IMG/VR virus record: IMGVR_UViG_3300042196_000264
Source of the DNA: an uncultured virus (IMG/VR IMGVR_UViG_3300042196_000264)
Taxonomy: Duplodnaviria > Heunggongvirae > Uroviricota > Caudoviricetes
Reading direction: 5' to 3' (one strand)
DNA: 64,000 bases
Shown here in pieces: positions 30,301-39,385 of the stretch. A program made the position numbers and the translations under genes. The notes beneath the pieces were generated by a model. That model did no database searches and was not told the DNA's origin. It was given only the letters and a program-made list of their open reading frames with translations. Every line of letters begins with the position of its first letter. The stretch's first letter is position 1.

Positions 30301-30774
30301 ATGTCGCACACCTTCACGTGGTCACCAGCTCCAGCGGAGGCAGGCGTCCTCTACTACCTCCTCGAACGCAGTTCGGACGGCGGCGCTACGTTCGAGGTCC
30401 TCGCTCAGATCCCGAACCGTCAGGATGGTGACGACTTCGACTTCGAGAACCAGCAGTTCCGCTACACGCTCGCGGGCGACGAGGTCCCCGGTGACGTGCT
30501 TCGGATCGCGTCGGTCTCAGACACGGTGGGGCCATACGCGTACTTCTACACGCCGAATCCCCCGCCTCCACCGCCGATCCCAGTACTCGAGCTTGGAGGT
30601 CCGAAGAGCCCGTACAAGGACAACCCGGTTCAGCGCCCCGTCCCAACGCGCCTTGCCAACCGGATCTCCGCGCCTACGCCAGCGACATCGAGCCCCCGGC
30701 GAAACCTTGGGACGCTAGCGATGGCCGCGGTGGCCGTGACGGTCGCGGTGATCGTGATCAAAGCGATCCGGTGA
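30301..30774 (+). CDS. FN3-like domain protein with C-terminal membrane anchor
   Basis: FTWSP...YYLLERSSDGG..F pattern; RLANR; terminal TM helix. Confidence 0.65.
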   Translation: MSHTFTWSPAPAEAGVLYYLLERSSDGGATFEVLAQIPNRQDGDDFDFENQQFRYTLAGDEVPGDVLRIASVSDTVGPYAYFYTPNPPPPPPIPVLELGGPKSPYKDNPVQRPVPTRLANRISAPTPATSSPRRNLGTLAMAAVAVTVAVIVIKAIR

Positions 30775-30950
30775 TGCTCGACGAGAAGAAGCTCCAGGAG
30801 GTCGCCGACAGCGCGGAGAAGGATCCCGACGCTCCGGAACTCTTCGTGCACGGTCGGCTCGAGAAGGAAGACCTCCACGAGGACGTGCTTGTGCTCGCCA
30901 CGGTGCTCTTCGTTTTCATCGTCATGGCATGGATTGCGTACACGTCATGA
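30774..30950 (+). CDS. Small C-terminally anchored membrane protein
   Basis: TGATG coupling; 58 aa, read by eye. Confidence 0.55.
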   Translation: MLDEKKLQEVADSAEKDPDAPELFVHGRLEKEDLHEDVLVLATVLFVFIVMAWIAYTS

Positions 30951-31004
30951 ATGTGGCACGCTCTCACCTAGCCTCACCGTCGGAGCCGGCCGGCTCTTCC
31001 GGGC

Positions 31005-31034
31005 AGCCCGCATCTGATCCATGCGGGCTTTTTT
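31005..31034 (+). terminator. Rho-independent terminator closing the structural operon
   Basis: AGCCCGCAT-ctgatcc-ATGCGGGCT followed by a T tract. Confidence 0.85.
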
Positions 31035-31057
31035 GTTTCCTGGTGTACACTCAGGTC

Positions 31058-31294
31058 ATGAAGCGCTTCGCACCATCCATCCTTCTGATCCCACTCCTGT
31101 TCTCCTGCGACCAGAAGGCAGCCAAGGCCGTCAGCTGCGCTGTCGCAGACGAGAAGCTCTCCGTCGCGTTCACGGATCCAGCGCGCGCGCGCGACTACCT
31201 GACAAGGCTTGCCGACCGTCTCGAGTCTGGTGAGCCCAAGGCAGCCGGGGAAGCGGCCGAGTTGGTGGCCACCATCGTCGAGTGCCTGCGCTGA
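31058..31294 (+). CDS. Small lipoprotein, copy 1
   Basis: MKRF...LLFSC lipobox-like; TACACT 6 nt upstream of ATG. Confidence 0.7.
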   Translation: MKRFAPSILLIPLLFSCDQKAAKAVSCAVADEKLSVAFTDPARARDYLTRLADRLESGEPKAAGEAAELVATIVECLR

Positions 31295-31376
31295 CCTTCG
31301 TCAAGCTGTTTGGCTCATGATCAGAAGACCAAGCTCCTCGGGGCATACCCCTCGGAGGACGAATCAGAGGATCGAA

Positions 31377-32162
31377 ATGAAGAAGATCATCCACCTGCTC
31401 ATCACCACCATCGTTGCCGCGTGCGGCGTCCCCTCCGACGACGTCGAGCAGCGGGGGTTCTCCCTGCCATCCTACGCCAACGGTCTCGCCTTCAGCCCAG
31501 CGTTTGCGCTGGGGAACGGGGAGTCCCTGGCCGACGGGGTCGGGGCTACGCACGGCGTCCGCACCACCAGCGGTCTCGCGACCGCCACGGGTCTCTTCTC
31601 GACGGGCAACTCCGCTGGCGTCCTCGACTCCCCCGAGGGTCGAGTCTTCGTGAAGGCTCTGGTGGAATGCGCCCTGCCTCCTGGCCAGTCGGTCAGCAAG
31701 ACCGTCGCCGGAACGAACTACGTCTTCGCGGGCAAGATCGGCGTTGCTCCCACGTGGAGGTTCGGGTCCTGCAATGCCACATGCCAGCAGTGGGTGACGG
31801 CCTGCGTGCTCGCTCAGAGCAACGCATCCGGAGCCGTTGACCCGATCGAGCTTCGCGCCAACAACTCGGCGATCAACTACTGGGCCAAGGACGTCGCGGC
31901 TATCGATCAGGAGCGCGCGTGGTTCGGGAACATGTTCTCGAACCCCCCGCTCCTCTACCAGTCGGCAGGTTCCGATCTCGCCTCCGTGGGCATCGACGTC
32001 GCCGTACGCGACTGCGATGGGGGTACGCCGTGCGCGATCTCTACCGTGGGATACATGATCTTGCGTTGTACGCCGATCGGTTCGGCGGAGAGCGCGAGCG
32101 CATGCACGGCCAGTGCAGGTGGACCGTCTTTCCTCCCGGTGACGACTCACCTGAGGAACTGA
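31377..32162 (+). CDS. Myxobacterial-type lipoprotein
   Basis: VAAC lipobox; LVECALP...GKIGVAPTW...CQQWVTACVLA..N resembles a family I associate with Myxococcota. Confidence 0.65.
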   Translation: MKKIIHLLITTIVAACGVPSDDVEQRGFSLPSYANGLAFSPAFALGNGESLADGVGATHGVRTTSGLATATGLFSTGNSAGVLDSPEGRVFVKALVECALPPGQSVSKTVAGTNYVFAGKIGVAPTWRFGSCNATCQQWVTACVLAQSNASGAVDPIELRANNSAINYWAKDVAAIDQERAWFGNMFSNPPLLYQSAGSDLASVGIDVAVRDCDGGTPCAISTVGYMILRCTPIGSAESASACTASAGGPSFLPVTTHLRN

Positions 32163-32222
32163 TGATCGATGCCGATCATGGGCCATATGGGTCAGGTCTT
32201 GCGTGCTAGTGTAGCCAACACC

Positions 32223-32666
32223 ATGAGCGACTGGACTCATCGTGGGTTGGAGATTCCGTTGCCAACCCGTGTGCTCGAGGAGGTGATCGAGGAGGAGGAC
32301 GGAGCCTTCGGATCACTCATCGTCACGTTTCTCGACCACAAGATGGCCCGCTTCGTCGGCGTGGCCATCGATCGTTCCGATGACCAGTGCACCCGTTGGC
32401 TCGAGGCGCCAGTGCAGGACGCAGAGTGGGAATCGGCACGTCGGGGGATGACGAGCCTCCGAGACCTATTCCGCAAGGCCGAGGTCCACGTCGTCAACCG
32501 CCGGCGGGACCTCACCCCGGTGCGGGCGTGGAAGATTGCCGCCGACATGCTGCGACCCGACCAACTTCCCGATGAAGATGCGACACTCGAAGTGGAGACA
32601 CCGAGTGACGAGCCCTCGGAGACCACGGTTTTGCCAAAAACCATGTGCCAGACTGGGATGGTGTAA
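32223..32666 (+). CDS. Hypothetical protein (DUF6575-like)
   Basis: RWLEAPV...G..SLRDLF pattern; family call tentative. Confidence 0.5.
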   Translation: MSDWTHRGLEIPLPTRVLEEVIEEEDGAFGSLIVTFLDHKMARFVGVAIDRSDDQCTRWLEAPVQDAEWESARRGMTSLRDLFRKAEVHVVNRRRDLTPVRAWKIAADMLRPDQLPDEDATLEVETPSDEPSETTVLPKTMCQTGMV

Positions 32667-32986
32667 GAGTGCAAACACTCACGTTGCCACCAAGGAAGAT
32701 CACCCACCTCCGATTTCCGCCGCCTGTAAATGGGAAGGCTACAGTCAGGGTCAGGGTGATGTCCGACCATCCGGTCCATGTGTTCGTCGTAGACGCAAAA
32801 AATCTCGAAAACCTTATCGCTCGCCAGCCGTTCCGTCCGTTTGGTCTGGGCGTCGCATATCCAAACAGGCCGATTGACGCGTTCGCATGTCTCCCCAACT
32901 GGGAGTTTTATGTAGCATTTTCAAACAGGAACAAGGTTGAGTGCACCGTACACTGCGAGGTTCGCTTGCCGATCAACGATCGCTGA
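32645..32986 (+). CDS. Small beta-sandwich hypothetical protein
   Basis: Lower GC; SDHPVHVFVV...FYVAFSN; start uncertain. Confidence 0.5.
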   Translation: MPDWDGVRVQTLTLPPRKITHLRFPPPVNGKATVRVRVMSDHPVHVFVVDAKNLENLIARQPFRPFGLGVAYPNRPIDAFACLPNWEFYVAFSNRNKVECTVHCEVRLPINDR

Positions 32987-32999
32987 CTGTTGGAGTGTT

Positions 33000-33326
33000 C
33001 TAGTGAGCCAGAATCCCGACATCATACTCGACGTGGACATGCTTCTCCGTACGATTCACAATTATGAGGACAATCGGATGACGCGCAGGCCAGGGCGTAA
33101 CGATCCTGTGGCTCTGGGAGCCGAGAGCCGTTCTCGGACCCGTGTCGAAGTTGGTTTCTCCGATATGCAAAAAACCATTCGACTCGGTTCGTGTGACAAC
33201 GTGAACGTCGACCTCTGACTTTGCCTTAACATATACGGCGATGAGTGTACTCCTGGGATTTGAAATATACCATGCCGTTATGTGAGAGTCCGGTGGGATC
33301 GTATCTTCCATCATCGCCGTAGCCAT
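33000..33326 (-). CDS. Small beta-sandwich hypothetical protein
   Basis: Lower GC; SEVDVHVV...LIIVN; convergent with and resembling the previous ORF. Confidence 0.5.
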   Translation of the reverse strand: MATAMMEDTIPPDSHITAWYISNPRSTLIAVYVKAKSEVDVHVVTRTESNGFLHIGETNFDTGPRTALGSQSHRIVTPWPARHPIVLIIVNRTEKHVHVEYDVGILAH

Positions 33327-33424
33327 CTGGGTTTAACTTCTCGTTTTAAGGCCACATCGACGACCATGCATCCTCTACGAGGCGAGAACTAAGCCGTGTT
33401 GAGGACGGGGCCGAGGTCGTCCTG

Positions 33425-33873
33425 CTTGGATCTTCGTGTGCGAGAGTCGGTATGCGTAGGGGTGGTTCCTTGGTTCTTCGTGTGCGAGAGAAGAGTGTTG
33501 CGGTGTCTCGAGCCACATCGACCGCCCATCCGCGCCAGCGACCGAGCAGCTTGGATCTTCGTGTGAGAGAGAAGAGCGTTGCGAGAGGTACGCCATGGGG
33601 TCCACGTCGTTGAGCGCGCATGCTTGGATCTTCGTGTGAGAGAGAAGAGCGTTGCGAGTAGGCAGAGCTTCCGTCGAGAGTGGGGCTCTGGAACTTGGAT
33701 CTTCGTGTGAGAGAGAAGAGCGTTGCGAGGCGAGAAATCGGGGATCCTCCGATGGGCCATGGAGGCTTGGATCTTCGTGTGAGAGAGAAGAGCGTTGCGA
33801 GGAGGAAGAGGCCATGAGACTGTTTTCGCAGCAAGTCCTTGGATCTTCGTGTGAGAGAGAAGAGCGTTGCGAG
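33425..33873 (-). CRISPR. CRISPR array 1: 5 intact repeats plus 1 degenerate and 1 truncated
   Basis: Repeat (minus sense) CTCGCAACGCTCTTCTCTCTCACACGAAGATCCAAG at 33550, 33623, 33694, 33766 and 33838; 35-37 nt spacers; decay at the left end. Confidence 0.95.
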
Positions 33874-33983
33874 TGGCCCCCTACTGGTGCACGTGCGAGG
33901 TGCTGGGGCCGTCGGCACCTGCGCATCATGGCACGCGGGGCCAGGGCGCGTCAACGCCCGGTCTTGCGTGCTAGTGCAAACCA
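33874..33983 (-). promoter_or_regulatory. Leader/promoter of array 1
   Basis: Minus strand TTTGCACTAGCACGCAAG box, then TTGACG-N18-CATGAT with a TG extension; homologous to the other two leaders. Confidence 0.8.
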
Positions 33984-34012
33984 TAGCCGGAGTTCATACA
34001 CTCCAACAACCC

Positions 34013-34246
34013 ATGAAGTCCCTCACGATCGTCCTCGCAGCGCTCCTCATCTCCTCTTGCGACCAGAAGGCAGCCAAGGCCGTCAGCTGCGCGATCGCGG
34101 ATGAGAAGCTCTCCGTCGCGTTTACGGATCCTGCACGAGCGCGCGACTATCTCACGAGACTCGCCGACCGACTGAAGACTGGCGAGCCCAAGGCCGCTGG
34201 AGAAGCAGCCGAGCTCGTGGCCACGAGCGTCGAGTGCCTACGATGA
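34013..34246 (+). CDS. Small lipoprotein, copy 2
   Basis: Mature part nearly identical to ORF 31058; LISSC; TACACT upstream. Confidence 0.7.
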   Translation: MKSLTIVLAALLISSCDQKAAKAVSCAIADEKLSVAFTDPARARDYLTRLADRLKTGEPKAAGEAAELVATSVECLR

Positions 34247-34565
34247 CACATGACGGCTAGATGACCCACGGACGATCGAGCAGCCAGACTTCCCAGGCCC
34301 ATGACGCGATCTGATTGCTGACCGATTTTGTTCCATCCAGCCGGCACCCGAACGCTCGCACGTGGCCTGCAGAGTACTTCCCGTGGGCCTCGCGGACCAG
34401 GAACGCCAACACATCCTGCCAACTTTTGCCATGGACCCTGGCGTAGTAGGTGGACGGTACGGACCCGTCCAGAACATCCGTACAGTCACGCAGTTCGACG
34501 CCATTGATGTGCGTGATTGTGACGTGCCTGCGCCCGCGCTTGCCAGATTTCTTCATCGAAGGTCC

Positions 34566-34760
34566 TCAAGTGGGAACGGTAGCTGAGGAAGGGTTTCGTC
34601 CGCGGATCTCGTTCGACATGGCGACCTCGGCCTCGAGCCTCGAGCCGAAGCCGCACTTGCACGACAGGGGTCCGTTCCTGTAGCGGCTCGTGACCGTCTC
34701 TCGCCAGCACCAATGCTGGCGGTGCCGATCGAAGTAAACCGTGAAGCCTGGAAACCTCAT
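34566..34760 (-). CDS. Small hypothetical protein
   Basis: Coupled to the stop of the Gp88-like gene. Confidence 0.45.
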   Translation of the reverse strand: MRFPGFTVYFDRHRQHWCWRETVTSRYRNGPLSCKCGFGSRLEAEVAMSNEIRGRNPSSATVPT

Positions 34761-35953
34761 CAGCGGAGCAGACTCCTGCGGATCGGGTTGGCGGCACGAG
34801 CCCCTTCGGACACATCGTTCTCCGCCACGCCAGGTTCGCTCCTCGGTGTCACAGCAGCGACGATCTGGCCATCGACGACGTGAACGGGCACCACGAAGAC
34901 CGTGTTGCGTTGGTCGATGCCAGCCCCCCTCGGTGGCTTGTACTTGAGGCCTACGATCACACCCTTCGGGTCCAGCGGACGAGCATCATGCGAGTCGCCG
35001 TCGATGACTTTCTTTCCGAGAAACATCGCCGGGAATCCGCCTGGCGTCCTCTTCCACTCGGTTGGACGTTCATGCTTGAAAAACACGACGGCGACGCGCT
35101 TGCCGATCTGGAGCTCGTGGCGGACCTCGTTGAGATTTCGGCCTGAGTACGAGAACGTCAGGTCGTAGTTGGACGGCACGCGTCGACCAGGGACCTTCGT
35201 GTAGTCGTAGAACTGCGCAGGCACACGCTCGAACAACTCCGGGAACACCATCTCCCACGGCACGTCTGAGAACACGTTCAGACGGATGAACGGTAGGATC
35301 CCAGATCTCTTCGGTCGTCCTGGGCCGGACGAGTCTCCGACATGTCGCTTGCAGGCCTCGTACAGGATCCTTCCGAAGGCGACAGGATCGCTCACGAAGG
35401 CTTCTGTCCTCGCCTTCTTCACGCGGGTGTTGTACGGGTCCGCTTCGTTTCTTCCCGAATACACGAGACAAGCCGATCGGCACTCGCGAGTCGCACCGAC
35501 GCAGGTGTTGATCCGCTGGGTGCCTCCAAGCTTGGTGTAGGCGACGTTCGGGAGCAGAGAGAGTCCCTGGACGTCGACGTAGTGAGACGGGTGCTCCTTG
35601 GAGGTCTTGTAGTTCTGACCGAGGAGACGATCGACCATGCCCGCTGGAGTCGAGTAGGAAGCCACTGCAGACCCATGCTTTCTGAGCTTCCCGAAGACCT
35701 TCATCATCCGCTCATGCGCGTCCACAAGGGATAGACGCTCGACGTCTCGCCACTCGATCCGGGTCTTCTTGACACCTCGCCATGCCAGCGCCGGACCCTG
35801 CGCGGCTGTAGGCGGATTCCCCTCGCGTTCGTCGAAGAGTGATGACCGGTCGACGAACACCTTCGGGGCGGCCCTTTTTCCCGTCTGGACAGCCTGGCCT
35901 TCCGTCTCTTCCGTGGTGAGGATCTCCCCGGAGGGACTGATGATCGCGAACAT
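34760..35953 (-). CDS. Phage Gp88-family (radical SAM-like) protein
   Basis: TCVGATRECRSAC, IRLNVFSD, FYDYTK, YDLTFSYS, IDGDSHDARPLD..GVIVGLKYK; likely start MFAII. Confidence 0.8.
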   Translation of the reverse strand: MFAIISPSGEILTTEETEGQAVQTGKRAAPKVFVDRSSLFDEREGNPPTAAQGPALAWRGVKKTRIEWRDVERLSLVDAHERMMKVFGKLRKHGSAVASYSTPAGMVDRLLGQNYKTSKEHPSHYVDVQGLSLLPNVAYTKLGGTQRINTCVGATRECRSACLVYSGRNEADPYNTRVKKARTEAFVSDPVAFGRILYEACKRHVGDSSGPGRPKRSGILPFIRLNVFSDVPWEMVFPELFERVPAQFYDYTKVPGRRVPSNYDLTFSYSGRNLNEVRHELQIGKRVAVVFFKHERPTEWKRTPGGFPAMFLGKKVIDGDSHDARPLDPKGVIVGLKYKPPRGAGIDQRNTVFVVPVHVVDGQIVAAVTPRSEPGVAENDVSEGARAANPIRRSLLR

Positions 35954-35992
35954 ACGTACAGGGTATCCTGGGGCTATGGTACCTTCAAGGAG

Positions 35993-36559
35993 GTGCCAGT
36001 CCTCGACCCCAGGCCATGGTTCTTCGACTACCAGCTGGCCCCCTGGCTCTCGGCCCTCCAACTCCGGGCCCACCTCGTCCACCACGCCGGGTACGTGAGC
36101 GAGGTGCGGGCCGCGGGGGACTTTGACGGGCTCGAGTCCGCCCTCGAGGAGGGGAGACGGGCGAACAACCTCAAGCTGATCCGTGCCGCCAACCAGGCAT
36201 GGAACCATCACATGCTCTGGCTCTCGCTCTCGCCGCGCGGCGGCGAGGTCCCGAAGCGCGGGCTCCTCGCCCAGACGAACGATATCTCGTCGAAGCTTCG
36301 CGCGGCGGCGATGGATGTCTGGGGCTCAGGCTGGGCATGGGTGACGCTCTACAAGAACAAGATCCGAGCGGTCTCGACACCGACGGATGAGAGGTGCCCT
36401 GGGTATCCTCTCCTATGCGTGGACATGTGGGAGCACGCCTACTACCTCGACTACATCGGAGATCGCGAACGGTACGTCGCAGAGATCATCATGAACCTCG
36501 TCAACTGGGAGTTCGCGGACATGCGGCTGAACGGGTTCGTCCCAGAGGAGTTGAGATGA
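35993..36559 (+). CDS. sod: Fe/Mn superoxide dismutase
   Basis: HHAGYV, WNH, GSGWAW and DMWEHAYY; all four metal ligands present; AAGGAG RBS. Confidence 0.9.
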   Translation: MPVLDPRPWFFDYQLAPWLSALQLRAHLVHHAGYVSEVRAAGDFDGLESALEEGRRANNLKLIRAANQAWNHHMLWLSLSPRGGEVPKRGLLAQTNDISSKLRAAAMDVWGSGWAWVTLYKNKIRAVSTPTDERCPGYPLLCVDMWEHAYYLDYIGDRERYVAEIIMNLVNWEFADMRLNGFVPEELR

Positions 36560-36757
36560 CGTACGACGACGGTGTTCTGCTCGAGCTCTACATCTCACTC
36601 GGGATCGAGATGGTCACGATCGACCGCTTGAGGCTGAGCGAGAAGACGAAGAATGCGATCGATTCTTGCCTCGGGACTCTCCTCGAAGGCATGACCAACG
36701 AAACGAAGTTACGGGCCGCCCATGCGGTCGTGAGTTTCAAGGAAAGGGATGGGAAAG

Positions 36758-36985
36758 ATGCCCCTGTTTGACTACGCGTGCAAGAAGTGCGGAGCAACGG
36801 AAGAGGTTCTGATGGGACGCGACGACGATGAGCCGTCCCACTGCGGGAAGACCATGGAGCGTCTCAAGTCGATCCCCCGTGGAATCGTCGTCAAGGGGTC
36901 TGACGGTCGTTCGGTGCGCCTTGGTGAAGAGACGGTGACGAAGGACGCCAACTTCACCTACACCGTCAAGAACGTGGAGGGGTGA
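36758..36985 (+). CDS. FmdB-family zinc ribbon protein
   Basis: MPLFDYACKKCG...HCG..MERL. Confidence 0.75.
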   Translation: MPLFDYACKKCGATEEVLMGRDDDEPSHCGKTMERLKSIPRGIVVKGSDGRSVRLGEETVTKDANFTYTVKNVEG

Positions 36986-37395
36986 TGCGGTGTCCGTACT
37001 GCGCCGGCAACCATCCGGCTGTCAGGCCTGTCAGCGCGTCGATCCTCAGCGCCGACCTCTCCAGGATGCTCGAGCAGGCCGGGTTCGTGCCTGAGGAGGC
37101 GACGGCGGTCCGGCACGCGCCGCTCGACCAGGAGCACGCTCGGAACCCAAGGCGGTACGCCCAGGTGGTACCGAACGATCTTCTGTTCGAGTTCTCGCAG
37201 GCGATCCTGTGGCTTCCTCGGGAGCATAGGATTGGACTGTTAGCGCACGAGGTCGGCCACTGCCTAGACCCCTTGGGCGGAGAAGACGGGGCGGACGAAG
37301 CAGCTCTCCGTGTCCTCGGCATCAAGATCGGCTACGATCCGCGTTGGCCTGGAAAGGGCCTTCAGACCGCAAGGAAGAAAAAATGGGCCTACTGA
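36985..37395 (+). CDS. HExxH metallopeptidase-like protein
   Basis: LLAHEVGH...E..AD. Confidence 0.6.
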   Translation: MRCPYCAGNHPAVRPVSASILSADLSRMLEQAGFVPEEATAVRHAPLDQEHARNPRRYAQVVPNDLLFEFSQAILWLPREHRIGLLAHEVGHCLDPLGGEDGADEAALRVLGIKIGYDPRWPGKGLQTARKKKWAY

Positions 37396-37922
37396 AGATC
37401 CCCTCCGCGCCACGCAAGTACCTCTACGAGGCCCCCGAGCTCGTGCCTGTTCCGTCAGGCAGGACTGCAGTAGAACTCGAGGGCATCGCAAGGAGCAGGA
37501 TCTCGCGAGCGGGCATGCGGATAGTGGTCTCCGAAACGCGGGACAACGCGGTCACCTGGCCCAATGGAGAAGTGGAACTCCCGCGCAACTGGAACTCACG
37601 AAGCGATGCTGACCAAGCGATCCTGCTCTGGCACGAGAGCGCGCATGCCTACCAGCGCAAGTCCATGGGTGCGTTCACCTATCGGTTTCGGTATGCGCTT
37701 GCCCAGGGGTGGTGGTTCGCGATGGAGGTCGAAGCCGAGCAACAGGAGATGTTGGCGATGCATCGGCTCGGCTTCACGTACTCGATCAAGTTGAACGAGG
37801 ACAGGCTTTGCGACGGAAAAACGTACAAGGCACTCTCCCGCTTCTACAACGAGAAGCATCTCCGTGAGATGTTCAGGGACGTGATGACCAAGAGGAAGAG
37901 GCTGATCGAGTCGACCCCGTGA
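37383..37922 (+). CDS. HExxH metallopeptidase-like protein
   Basis: LWHESAHAYQ...MEVEA. Confidence 0.65.
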   Translation: MGLLKIPSAPRKYLYEAPELVPVPSGRTAVELEGIARSRISRAGMRIVVSETRDNAVTWPNGEVELPRNWNSRSDADQAILLWHESAHAYQRKSMGAFTYRFRYALAQGWWFAMEVEAEQQEMLAMHRLGFTYSIKLNEDRLCDGKTYKALSRFYNEKHLREMFRDVMTKRKRLIESTP

Positions 37923-37926
37923 GCGG

Positions 37927-38280
37927 TCACGGAGCTCCGCGTCGTCTCATCTTGTGGCCTTCCCATAGTTCGCAAAGCATCGACTCAACCCGCGCACCGC
38001 ACCTCTTCCCGGACGGGTACTCGTGCCATACCGTCCCGCTCCCGACGTAGGTCTCCCCGTCCATCTCGATGACGTTGCCGCGGACGTCGTCCCAGAACTT
38101 CCAGCGCCTGGGAGGGTTCCCCTCCTCCTGGGCGGGCTGCGCATGGACCGCCATGGGGCGCCTGAACTGGATCGAGAGTCCGAAGAACGGCACTGGGAGA
38201 ACGTAGAGTGTCCGATCCTTGCGGCTCCAGTAGAAGCCGATCCAGAAGTCATACCAGGCGAAGATGAGGCGGACTTTCAT
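37927..38280 (-). CDS. Phage hypothetical protein
   Basis: FAWYDFWIGFYW motif; GAAGG RBS; directly downstream of the tRNA. Confidence 0.65.
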   Translation of the reverse strand: MKVRLIFAWYDFWIGFYWSRKDRTLYVLPVPFFGLSIQFRRPMAVHAQPAQEEGNPPRRWKFWDDVRGNVIEMDGETYVGSGTVWHEYPSGKRCGARVESMLCELWEGHKMRRRGAP

Positions 38281-38297
38281 GGTTCCTTCGCTTTCCG

Positions 38298-38373
38298 TGG
38301 TGCTCTCGGAAGGACTTGAACCTCCGACGCTCGGCACTTCAAGCCGACGCTCTACCAACTGAGCTACGAGAGC
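38298..38373 (-). tRNA. tRNA-Phe (GAA) with encoded CCA
   Basis: 76-nt cloverleaf: acceptor GCTCTCG/CGAGAGC-ACCA, anticodon arm TCGGC-TTGAAGT-GCCGA, T loop TTCAAGT. Confidence 0.93.
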
Positions 38374-38407
38374 TTTGCGATTGACGACGGGCCACCACGA
38401 GGAAGTA

Positions 38408-39385
38408 CTTGGATCTTCGTGTGAGGAAGATGTGTGTTGCGAGTGCGCACGAGGTCGACGTCCTGCCAACGGAGCGCCCTCCTGGATCTTCGTGTGAGGA
38501 AGAAGTGTGTTGCGAGATGGCGACCTCCGGTTGTCCCGTGAGGTACCGGGGGCTTGGATCTTCGTGTGAGGAAGAAGTGTGTTGCGAGTACCGCGCTACC
38601 GCCTCCTCCTTCCGCACCGCGTTCCTTGGATCTTCGTGTGAGGAAGAAGTGTGTTGCGAGTGGGGCGGGGCTATCATGCGGGTGCACGGCTGTGGATCTT
38701 GGATCTTCGTGTGAGGAAGATGTGTGTTGCGAGAGGGCGGTGGGTGCCTGCGGTACCTGGGACATGCCCACTTGGATCTTCGTGTGAGGAAGAAGTGCGT
38801 TGCGAGGTGACGCGAGCTTGCCGACGAAGCTCCGGTCCGAGACTTGGATCTTCGTGTGAGGAAGAAGTGCGTTGCGAGTGCAGACACCGGGTTGCCAGGT
38901 CGCGGTGTACGGACTTGGATCTTCGTGTGAGGAAGAAGTGTGTTGCGAGACCGGCGCTCTGGATAAGCGTATTCCAGCTTGACGTCTTGGATCTTCGTGT
39001 GAGGAAGAAGTGTGTTGCGAGGCTGGCTGGGCGAGCGCGCTCGCGGGCAGCGTCATCTTGGATCTTCGTGTGAGGAAGAAGTGTGTTGCGAGTTGTGCTC
39101 GCCCGCACTCGGCCTCCCAGCCATTCCTGCTTGGATCTTCGTGTGAGGAAGAAGTGTGTTGCGAGCTGCGTCGGGATGGCCTGGGACGGGGTGGCATGGC
39201 CGGCTTGGATCTTCGTGTGAGGAAGAAGTGTGTTGCGAGCTGACGACCACCGAGACCCACTCCCTGACGGGGGAGCTCTTGGATCTTCGTGTGAGGAAGA
39301 AGTGTGTTGCGAGTTCGAGCCTTTTCGCGTGAGCCTGGGAGTACTCGTCCTTGGATCTTCGTGTGAGGAAGAAGTGTGTTGCGAG
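38408..39385 (-). CRISPR. CRISPR array 2: 14 repeats, 13 spacers
   Basis: Repeat (minus sense) CTCGCAACACACTTCTTCCTCACACGAAGATCCAAG; 35-38 nt unique spacers. Confidence 0.97.

Noticed and set aside
38879..38913. Spacer translating to VHRDLA (kinase-like)
   Set aside because: The following residues do not fit the HRDLKPxN catalytic loop; probably chance.
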